Virus record (IMG/VR): IMGVR_UViG_3300007759_000001
Strand: one strand, 5' to 3'
DNA: 20,000 nucleotides
Origin: an uncultured virus (IMG/VR IMGVR_UViG_3300007759_000001)
Lineage: Duplodnaviria > Heunggongvirae > Uroviricota > Caudoviricetes
The notes beneath the pieces are model-generated. The model was not told where the DNA came from, ran no database searches, and saw nothing but the letters and a program-made list of their open reading frames with translations. Position 1 is the stretch's first letter, and each line of letters opens with the position of its first letter. The position numbers and the translations under genes are program-made. Positions 12,974 to 20,000 of the stretch are shown piece after piece.

Positions 12974-13180
12974 ATGTGGCTCATCAAAGGTAAAAAAGCC
13001 CCGCCGGTTGTCGACATGTTAGAGATAAGCAACGGGACGGGCGCGCCTCCGGTCATTGGGTGCGATGCTTGCGATGTAACTTGGTTGGCTAAATCTAGTT
13101 TGACTTGCTGGTTATGCGGTAGCCCCGGCGCACCTTATGCGGTGGCCTATCGTAATGTTACGAACAAGTTACAAACGTAA
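12974..13180 (+). CDS. 68-aa Zn-finger-like protein (CDAC…CWLC)
   Basis: Two CxxC pairs; start directly after the 30-bp site. Confidence 0.6.
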   Translation: MWLIKGKKAPPVVDMLEISNGTGAPPVIGCDACDVTWLAKSSLTCWLCGSPGAPYAVAYRNVTNKLQT

Positions 13181-13193
13181 CGTTGCTGTAAAC

Positions 13194-13348
13194 TTGACAA
13201 GCGTCTTGAAGTGTGGTATACTAGGTGACTGCGGTGATGGAGAGTCGAACACCTGTTCGATGTCACACCCCCGTAGTATACTTGTTCTGTGATGGCGGGG
13301 GACACCCGTTACCCTACGGTCCCCGCTGTCACACCCCCCTGCTACACT
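13194..13348 (+). promoter_or_regulatory. Stack of three promoters with a LexA box
   Basis: TTGACA(13194)-17-TATACT; TCGAAC-ACCT-GTTCGA 13245-13260; TGTCAC(13261)-N10-TATACT; TGTCAC(13327)-N10-TACACT. Confidence 0.8.
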
Positions 13349-13377
13349 AGGGGCATACCAACTACAAGGAGAGAGAC

Positions 13378-13611
13378 ATGTACGACGGAAAGAGCAACGA
13401 GGGATCGTGGCTTGACTATCACCAGTTCACCAGCGTGGGGCAGGCATTGCGCCAACTCATGGACTTCGTTGAGTTCGGTGAGGACAATGACGGCCAGATC
13501 GTCATCTACACCAACCTCACGTTTCAGGAGAGCAACGGTCGCGGCGAGATTCGCAACGGAGTTCATACCAGCGAGAGAATCGTTGACATGGACACGTTGG
13601 AGCGAGTCTGA
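13378..13611 (+). CDS. 77-aa protein with EDNDGQIVIYT motif
   Basis: SD AAGGAG. Confidence 0.85.
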   Translation: MYDGKSNEGSWLDYHQFTSVGQALRQLMDFVEFGEDNDGQIVIYTNLTFQESNGRGEIRNGVHTSERIVDMDTLERV

Positions 13612-13753
13612 TCCGACTGTCACACCCGGCTGCTAGACTTGTTTCTAGCAAGTCGGGGGTGACTCCACTTGTGCTGATGCTGCCGACTTGACAGCGTCAC
13701 ACACATGTGCTATACTGCATATGTACCAACCAACAACTCATAGGAGACATACT

Positions 13754-14479
13754 ATGACAAACGAAAACCTACCCCAGTGCTGGCAGGACTACAACGATGT
13801 TCTGGCAGCAGGGATCGACAGGATCATCCTGTTCGGCCCACCGGGGACCGGCAAGACATTCGCCGGACTCAACATGGGCGATACGGACTCCGGTTCGTGG
13901 CGTCTCGTCTGCACAGAAGACATGACTAACTTTGACGTAACGGGAGGCTTCCTCCCCGGTCAGGACGGGTCATTCGACTGGAACGATGGATCGGCTATCA
14001 AGGCATGGCGTGGAAACGGCATCCGGGGTGGCAGGCTCGTCGTAGACGAGATTGACAAGGCAGGTGGCGATGTATTCGCAACCTTGCTTGCCATGACGGA
14101 TACCGTCGATTCGGCTAAGTGGGAGAACCCCGCGACTGGCCGGGTGGAAACGCCTAAGGACGGGTTCAGCGTTATCATGACAACGAACATTGAGAACATG
14201 GAGGAACTGCCTTCTGCTTTGAAGGACCGTTTCCCGTGTGCGATTCGTATCAACGAACCGCATCCCAATGCGTTGTTGAACCTGCCGACCAGCATTCGGG
14301 AATACGCCCGAAAGATGGCCGACGCGGGTGATCGCCGGATTAGCCTTCGCCAGTTCTACGCCTACGGACAGTTGGCGCGGAGCCACGGCGACGAGCGTGC
14401 TGCCAAACTGATCTTCGGATCACGGGCAGAAGCCTTCCTTGACGCTGTCAAGGTTGACACGGTCGGATCGGCTTCCTGA
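13754..14479 (+). CDS. MoxR-type / AAA_5 (CbbQ/CobS-like) AAA+ ATPase, 241 aa
   Basis: Walker A GPPGTGKT, Walker B LVVDEIDK, sensor-1 TTN, Arg finger ALKDRF; promoter 13688-13716; SD AGGAG. Confidence 0.9.
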   Translation: MTNENLPQCWQDYNDVLAAGIDRIILFGPPGTGKTFAGLNMGDTDSGSWRLVCTEDMTNFDVTGGFLPGQDGSFDWNDGSAIKAWRGNGIRGGRLVVDEIDKAGGDVFATLLAMTDTVDSAKWENPATGRVETPKDGFSVIMTTNIENMEELPSALKDRFPCAIRINEPHPNALLNLPTSIREYARKMADAGDRRISLRQFYAYGQLARSHGDERAAKLIFGSRAEAFLDAVKVDTVGSAS

Positions 14480-14601
14480 TCCCAGCGAGTGGTTGGTGGG
14501 TGCTTCGGCACCCCCAACCCTCGCCCACACTTGCCTGTCACACCCATGTGATAGGCTATGCAAAGCAAGTAAGCAAGTAACCAATCACGTTAGGAGACGA
14601 G

Positions 14602-16098
14602 ATGGAAACTATAGAACATAAGGATCTACGCCCCATGCCTGAACTAATCAGGCGTAGGGATGGAGCCAATGACGAACCTGCGGAGTGGGAGATTCACCCA
14701 TGCGCCGCGGAGCGTGGCCTACCCCGAACGGGTGTGCTACCTCGCACGATGATCGTGCCTGTTCAAGACTTTGAACTGGACCGTGTCATCAGGGCGCATG
14801 AGATGATGCACGCAAAGGTTTCACCCGGCGACAGGTCGGTATGGGTCAACAGGGGCATTTGCTCCGACCGGGCCATGATCTGTGCGGAGGAAGCCCGTGT
14901 GAACTTCCTAGTGAGCAAGGCTGGATTTGATCTGGACATTCTTGAGGATGGCACAGAGATGAATGCAGGCGAGCGCATCGCGGAACGCGGCGACTGGGCA
15001 GAGGCTGTTTACTTCACGGCCAGTGTTTCTGGCTGTGGGGGCTTGAACAAGTACCTCGTAGGCATCAGGCGACACCGACCGGGATGGGGACCACGACTCC
15101 GTCGTATCCATCAGTTGCTTCAAAAGGAACTGCGTCAACTGTCACGCACGAACCACACGAGTTTGTGTTCGACAATGACTAGTTCTGGCAGGCTTGACCC
15201 GGCCAACGAACTTATCGAAGGATTCTTTCATACAGAATCCATCGGAGAGTGGCTTGACCGACTGGCCAACCCCGAAACTGACGAGGACGAGAAGACCGAA
15301 GGCGATACCACAGCAGGCGACACCGAAGAAGGTGGCGACGAGGGTGGTGCTGGCGAGGTCGATACGGACTCCGAAGAAGAGGCACCTATCTCCAAAGAAG
15401 ACTTGGAGAACCAGAAGCCTGTTCGCAGCGACGAGGCTGGGTCTTGGTCACAGTTGAATGTGAAGAAGCAGAACCTCACCCGGCACGTTCCGGGTGGACT
15501 GGGGAAGCGTCGAATCGCATCCAACATGGGTCGCAACCCGCGTCGTGTTGGCCGGATGTTCACCGATCCGCAGAAGCGGATTTTTGATCGGAAGGTCAAG
15601 GGCAATGGAGGTGTCGTGCTTATCGACTACTCAGGCTCAATGGCTTTGTCAGAGAAGGATGTGTTGGACATTATGGATGCAGCCCCCGGTTGCACCGTAG
15701 CGTGCTACACAACCAACGACTTTGACAGGGACGGCAAAGCGAACTGCTGGATTTTGGGAGAGCGTGGTCGGATGACCACAGCGATTCCAGAGTCTCGCGG
15801 AGGCAACGGTGTCGATCATCCCGCATTGGTGTGGGCTGTGCAGCAGAAGCAGCGCAGGAACGCACCAGTCGTGTGGGTGACTGATGGCGGGGTGCTTGGT
15901 CCGGGTCAGGGCTACAGGGATCAGTTGGCGATGCAGTGCATCAAGACTGTCCAGAAGTCGAAGGTGCTTATCCGAAACGAGGTTTCGGATGCCGTCGAAC
16001 TTCTCCACGACTTGGCGACAGGGAAGCCTGTCAAGCAGTGGTGGCCTGCATGGTTCAGGCGGACCTACGAGAACCAGACCGGAACCAAACTGGTCTGA
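14602..16098 (+). CDS. vWA-domain partner of the MoxR ATPase with N-terminal HExxH metallopeptidase-like domain (CobT-like architecture)
   Basis: HEMMH…EEARVN, acidic linker, MIDAS DYSGS…VTDG; adjacent to the AAA+ gene. Confidence 0.85.
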   Translation: METIEHKDLRPMPELIRRRDGANDEPAEWEIHPCAAERGLPRTGVLPRTMIVPVQDFELDRVIRAHEMMHAKVSPGDRSVWVNRGICSDRAMICAEEARVNFLVSKAGFDLDILEDGTEMNAGERIAERGDWAEAVYFTASVSGCGGLNKYLVGIRRHRPGWGPRLRRIHQLLQKELRQLSRTNHTSLCSTMTSSGRLDPANELIEGFFHTESIGEWLDRLANPETDEDEKTEGDTTAGDTEEGGDEGGAGEVDTDSEEEAPISKEDLENQKPVRSDEAGSWSQLNVKKQNLTRHVPGGLGKRRIASNMGRNPRRVGRMFTDPQKRIFDRKVKGNGGVVLIDYSGSMALSEKDVLDIMDAAPGCTVACYTTNDFDRDGKANCWILGERGRMTTAIPESRGGNGVDHPALVWAVQQKQRRNAPVVWVTDGGVLGPGQGYRDQLAMQCIKTVQKSKVLIRNEVSDAVELLHDLATGKPVKQWWPAWFRRTYENQTGTKLV

Positions 16099-16206
16099 TT
16101 GGGTGGGGGGCGAAAGCCCCCCACTCCCCACTTGCCCGACTTGACAGAAGGGCTGACATGTGCTATACTGGTACATGTAAACATAACTAGCCAAAGGAGA
16201 CTAACT

Positions 16207-16374
16207 ATGGCTGAAGTAACAAGCGGTAGCGATATAACCGTTATCGTACTAAACAACGCGGAAGCCAGTGCGCTAACAGAAGGGCTGAACTTCCTGAACA
16301 TAGACGGGGATCTGCACGCAGATCTCTACCAACTAGCAGAAGCCTTTGGTGTCAAGAGCGGATGGGGCTGGTAA
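16207..16374 (+). CDS. 55-aa hypothetical protein
   Basis: Promoter TTGACA(16141)-17-TATACT, SD AAGGAG. Confidence 0.8.
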   Translation: MAEVTSGSDITVIVLNNAEASALTEGLNFLNIDGDLHADLYQLAEAFGVKSGWGW

Positions 16375-16376
16375 CC

Positions 16377-16616
16377 ATGAACGACACCATAAGCATCACC
16401 AATAGCACAGTGATCGTCCCCGACCATGGAGACTTTTGCGGAAGCCTTGGCATGTGGATGTCTGAATGGAAGGATCTATCCGACCAGACAGACGAGATCA
16501 GCGACGAGTCCTTCGGGACGTTGGCGTGGACTGAGTATGTTGAGGCGAAGGCTGAACTGGCCGACCAGATGGGTCAGTTCCTAGTAGCCAACCTGAAGGG
16601 AGGGCTACCAAACTGA
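16377..16616 (+). CDS. 79-aa acidic hypothetical protein
   Basis: Starts 2 nt after the previous stop. Confidence 0.75.
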   Translation: MNDTISITNSTVIVPDHGDFCGSLGMWMSEWKDLSDQTDEISDESFGTLAWTEYVEAKAELADQMGQFLVANLKGGLPN

Positions 16617-16702
16617 TGGACTTCAAAGCGAGAGGTGCATTCTTCGGAGTCAAAAAGGTTCTGAAGGGTCCAAAAAAGAAGCGGCGCAAAAAGCGCTGGT
16701 GA
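16616..16702 (+). CDS. 28-aa very basic peptide (MDFKARGAFFGVKKVLKGPKKKRRKKRW)
   Basis: TGATG coupling to the upstream gene; stop directly before UUCG hairpin 16709-16726. Confidence 0.6.
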   Translation: MDFKARGAFFGVKKVLKGPKKKRRKKRW

Positions 16703-16772
16703 TTGATCGGGGGGCTTCGGCCCCCCATCCACTTGCCGCCAACAGGCGGCGATAAACGAATAGGAGAGAGAA

Positions 16773-16904
16773 ATGCCAAAAGTAAACAAAGATGACGGCT
16801 TCACCACCTTCGTGTTTTCAGGCACGGAGATTCGGGAGAAGACCGAGAAAGAACTGAAGGACGAGTTGAAGAAGGAACTCGCCAAAGACAAGGCGGTTAC
16901 CTGA
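16773..16904 (+). CDS. 43-aa charged helical peptide (MPKVNKDDGFTTFVFSGTEIREKTEKELKDELKKEL…)
   Basis: SD AGGAG; TGATG coupling to the next gene. Confidence 0.75.
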   Translation: MPKVNKDDGFTTFVFSGTEIREKTEKELKDELKKELAKDKAVT

Positions 16905-17296
16905 TGGGTGACCGCGGAAACATAGAGATCAAGCAGATGAAGAACTGCGACAGTGTGTATCTATACACGCATTGGCGTGGGTCTTCCGTCAACATCGCGT
17001 TGGCGCGTGCGATCAAGAAGGCTGGGATGCGGTGTTCCGACCCCAGTTACTTCACGCGCATTGCGTTGAACGAGTTGCAGCAGGATGATCGAACGACGAC
17101 TGGGTTTGGCATTTGTGTCAAAGCACCGGACGACAACGAGCATCCGATCCCGCAGGTCTTTTGGGACGAGGATCACGGACTATCCGTCAACCATCCCACC
17201 GTGGTAAACACGATGGGCACCCTGACAGGGGCGCAGTGGGTTGATTGGGTGGCTGAGAACTATCCCGACGCAGACCTAGAGATCAACGATGGCTGA
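16904..17296 (+). CDS. 130-aa hypothetical phage protein (MGDRGNI…VYLYTHW.G pattern)
   Basis: Translationally coupled ORF. Confidence 0.85.
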   Translation: MGDRGNIEIKQMKNCDSVYLYTHWRGSSVNIALARAIKKAGMRCSDPSYFTRIALNELQQDDRTTTGFGICVKAPDDNEHPIPQVFWDEDHGLSVNHPTVVNTMGTLTGAQWVDWVAENYPDADLEINDG

Positions 17297-17684
17297 GATC
17301 TTTCACGCAACATGGCCTAGCAAGGTTGACCAGATCATGGAGGAAGGGCTACAGCCCGGAATCGACGGCTGCGTCTACCTTGCTGGGCCGTTGCCCGCGC
17401 ACGCAGCCACGTTTGTGGCGATCAGGGGCGGAGAGTTCGACGGATACGAAGAGGTTGAAATCGACGGGAAGATAGAAACCTTCCCGAAGATGGTCAACCA
17501 TGACAAGATCTTCGTATTTTCGGTAGACACCGACGATCTAGACCCAGAACTCCTCCGCGAATCTACTGATCATTCCCATGCCTTCTTCCCAGAGGGCACG
17601 GAATCGTGGTGTTACGACGGGCCAATAGACCCAGATGACCTACAACTTGCTTGGGAAATCCCAATGGTAGGTGTAGGATCATGA
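17289..17684 (+). CDS. ADP-ribosyltransferase-fold protein (KptA/Tpt1 C-terminal domain or DUF952-like)
   Basis: N-terminal FHAT…I.EEGL.P…VYLA…A and C-terminal W.Y..PI.P..L pattern. Confidence 0.65.
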   Translation: MAEIFHATWPSKVDQIMEEGLQPGIDGCVYLAGPLPAHAATFVAIRGGEFDGYEEVEIDGKIETFPKMVNHDKIFVFSVDTDDLDPELLRESTDHSHAFFPEGTESWCYDGPIDPDDLQLAWEIPMVGVGS

Positions 17685-17814
17685 TCGGTACCGGGGTTAG
17701 TTGTTTTCTCTTGTCTCCTTCCGACTAATCCCCGTACCCGGCGGGCGGTATGTGCTTCGGCACTGCCGCCCGCCCCCCTCTTTAGCGTGTAATCTATCGA
17801 AAGGAGCGCGCATA

Positions 17815-18249
17815 ATGGAAGATAATGTAAACGTAGACTGGAACAAGGAGTTACAGGGACTTGACTCGTTAGAAAAAGAAGAGGCAATGTTCGATGTAAC
17901 AACTGACCGGATCGAACGGCTGGTAAGCAAGTGGATGGAAACACCCATGTACGCCAACCCGGACGACGGTAAGATGCAGATCAGTGAGGAACCATCAGAG
18001 ATGTCCCATCAAACAACGTTGGGACAAATCGCTGCGGTGCCTTTGTTGAACCTAATCGCAAAGACCGCCGCACAGATGTCACGGGAATCAGATCCGTTGG
18101 ACTGGTTTGCAGAACACATCAACGACAACGGTGATCTAATCCTTGACCTTCTAAAGTCAACAATGACAGAAGGCATCATGATTGCCAATGCACCCGGACT
18201 TCGCGAAGAGTTCGATCAGGTGCTTGAAGTCATTCGCAAAGTGGACTAA
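17815..18249 (+). CDS. 144-aa acidic helical hypothetical protein
   Basis: SD AAGGAG before ATG 17815; UUCG hairpin 17740-17774 upstream. Confidence 0.8.
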   Translation: MEDNVNVDWNKELQGLDSLEKEEAMFDVTTDRIERLVSKWMETPMYANPDDGKMQISEEPSEMSHQTTLGQIAAVPLLNLIAKTAAQMSRESDPLDWFAEHINDNGDLILDLLKSTMTEGIMIANAPGLREEFDQVLEVIRKVD

Positions 18250-18336
18250 GTTACAACCGTTTAGGTCTGCGAAAACCGAAGACAAAGCCAGTGTTTCTTT
18301 AAGGAACATTGTAAAGAAACGGGACGGCTTCGGGTT

Positions 18337-18699
18337 CTATGAAACCATGATGCGGCAATATCCGCAGAACTCAATGGAACCATGGAACTCGGAGTCGTTT
18401 CGTTCTCTTTGACAAGGGTACGGTTGACCGCACGGTTCAAGAATAGTCTCGCCGGTAAGGTACTCTCTTAAAATATCGACCTTTCTTGGAATCGGAGCCG
18501 CCGGAGGAGGTGGCGTCGGTAAGCCTCGGGCTTCTTCAACAGCCTGCCGCAGCACAATCCCGCACCATTCGTTCATGTTGGTGTTCGGTAAGGACATCAC
18601 ATGGTCCGCAATCATGTTGCGAACCCTTCCCGGTAAGTTTATTCGGAAGTCTACGGTGGCGTCGTCCGGGTAATGCTTGGGTTTCCTGCCGCTAGGCAT
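18337..18699 (-). CDS. Ribbon-helix-helix-like DNA-binding protein with C-terminal Cys cluster
   Basis: VDFRINLPGRVRNMIADH…NMNEWCGIVLRQAV; CGQPYPC…CGYC. Confidence 0.7.
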   Translation of the reverse strand: MPSGRKPKHYPDDATVDFRINLPGRVRNMIADHVMSLPNTNMNEWCGIVLRQAVEEARGLPTPPPPAAPIPRKVDILREYLTGETILEPCGQPYPCQRERNDSEFHGSIEFCGYCRIMVS

Positions 18700-18886
18700 C
18701 TCGCTCCACTAAAGAAATCAAGTATTCGGTCACGGTGAGGTCGTACTCCTCGGCACGGTCGATCATTTGGTTCTTGATTTCGGCAGGTATTCGCACGGTA
18801 AGAGTTATTGAGGAACCATCAGCGGCACGCTTCGGCGGACGCCCAGTCTTGGGATGGATGGCTTCGGTATGATCACTCATTTGCAA
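18692..18886 (-). CDS. Ribbon-helix-helix (Arc/CopG-like) DNA-binding protein
   Basis: GRPPK followed by SITLTVRIPAEIKNQMIDRAEEYDLTVTEYLISLVE. Confidence 0.8.
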   Translation of the reverse strand: MQMSDHTEAIHPKTGRPPKRAADGSSITLTVRIPAEIKNQMIDRAEEYDLTVTEYLISLVERDA

Positions 18887-18974
18887 ATCCTACTACAAAA
18901 AGAACTGTCACGGTGTGAAAAAGAAACTTTCATTTAGGGTTGACAACATACTACAACGGTGTCATTATATCCAC

Positions 18975-19098
18975 CGTAACGAGAAGGTAATGGTTCCCTA
19001 CCGTTTTCCTCCTCTCTTCCGGTGGGGTTCTTGGTCCTCCCATTCGTTACAGTAAAGGCGGGGCTGCTTTGCAGAGATTGTAAAGTAGTCCCGCTTTT
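18975..19098 (+). ncRNA. Candidate sRNA with C/U-rich anti-Shine-Dalgarno segment
   Basis: TTGACA(18940)-17-CATTAT; closing helix gtaacga/tcgttac; UUCCUCCU at 19006-19013; long terminator 19054-19098 then cgcgtc. Confidence 0.55.
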
Positions 19099-19399
19099 AC
19101 GCGTCCGGTGTAAAAGAAACGGGACGGTATCGGTTACGGTAAAGAAGCGGGGCGGCTTGCGGTGTTTGGTAAAGGCAAGCCCCGCTTTTGTTATGGTGAG
19201 GTTACGGTTGTCATGTTAGGACAAGCCCCGCCGTGCAACACTTGCGGTAGACATGCATGGTATAAGCAAGTCCCGGTGGGTGTTACGGTGGCGTTACAAA
19301 TGTAGTGTTTAGATAGAACTGTTTCGGCACACGGTATGCCTAAAAAGTTTTCGACCCTTTTTCTAGATAGCAGTAATAGCAAGGAAGTGGTCACCTCGG

Positions 19400-20000
19400 A
19401 ATGTCACACCGCCTTCCAAAACTTGCAAAGATTTGCAAGGCGGTGTGGATAACTCGGATGGAGACAGTATAGGTCTAGACCTATGCGGTGCAAAAGAATC
19501 CAGAACCACGCCCCTCGGTAGTTACATGTAATGATGTAATGCGGTGGAAGGGTTGGGGTTTTTATTACTTATAGTAGGCAGTATCTCCTACTATCTATAG
19601 TAGATATCTCCTACTACTAGCAGCAATAGTATATACTATCTACAGTAGATAGACCTACTAACTACAACAGATAGCCCCTAACAAAACCCGCACAACGACA
19701 AAAGCAACACCCCACAGAAAAACGCACACGCACGCGGCATTTTTTTGTGTTGTTTTTTGGTGGGGTTTTTTAGGTTAGTGGGTGGTTGTGGGTGATAGTG
19801 GGGGGTTTTGGTGAGTTATTTTATTGTTCGTGATAGTAGGACGAGTAGTGCTGGTAGGAGTAGGAACACTAGGTAAATGGTGGTCATCGGGGGTAGGAGG
19901 TTCGTTTGTTGGGGCCGTTGGGCCATTTGGGTTTGTTGTCTCGTTTGGTTTTGTTGGCTTTGGTTTTGGCTTTCTGTTGTTTCTTTGTTTGCTTCTTTAG
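19400..20000. other. Non-coding palindrome-rich region with a strand-skew switch (putative origin or genome terminus)
   Basis: DnaA box TGTGGATAA 19444-19452; palindromes (ataggtctagacctat, ctactat-ct-atagtag); AC-rich then GT-rich tracts switching near 19737. Confidence 0.5.

Noticed and set aside
13960..16194. Antisense and alternative-frame ORFs over the AAA+ and vWA genes (likewise 11354-11968, 10795-11292, 4335-4757)
   Set aside because: Shadow ORFs typical of GC-rich coding DNA; no SD or promoter and they overlap better-supported genes
1343..16206. Apparent shared N-terminal peptide (LTLSH.YAIL / CAIL) in track ORFs such as 1343, 4919-5260, 5224, 13688 and 16099
   Set aside because: It is the translation of the repeated promoter TTGACA…TGCTATACT; the true starts are the SD-led ATGs downstream
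16773..16904. Ribosomal protein uL29 mimic (EIREKTEKELKDEL)
   Set aside because: Similarity is limited to a low-complexity charged helix and the rest of uL29 is absent

Overview
GC-rich, phage-like accessory ('host-takeover'-type) region, most likely from a virus of Actinobacteria (inferred from LexA boxes CGAAC-N4-GTTCG, PafBC-type TGTCAC-N10-TANNNT promoters and leaderless ORFs). From 1 to about 9.8 kb it is a regular array of self-contained mini expression cassettes. Ten back-to-back near-consensus sigmaA promoter pairs each drive either one 26-104 aa ORF (5' hairpin, often a boxA-like TTGACAACTAAATAG element, then an SD) or an ORF-less structured RNA. Most cassettes end in a terminator followed by CGCGTC, and the tail junctions carry a fixed-spacing 30-31 bp inverted site AGYCCCG-N16/17-CGGGRCT. 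The most striking cassette (9659-9740) is an 82-nt RNA reproducing the whole tRNA-like domain of tmRNA (G3:U70 alanine identity, SmpB-contact D-loop analogue, GGAC, T-arm) with no mRNA-like domain. Two further tRNA-like RNAs and several other structured RNAs occur. A minus-strand block (3169-4821) carries an AEP-type primase domain. From 10 to 18.3 kb there are co-directional small genes, a MoxR-type AAA+ ATPase with an HExxH/vWA partner and an ART/KptA-fold protein. These are followed by two ribbon-helix-helix genes, a candidate anti-SD sRNA and a non-coding, palindrome-rich, strand-skewed end with a DnaA box. All coordinates were read by eye and no database searches were run.
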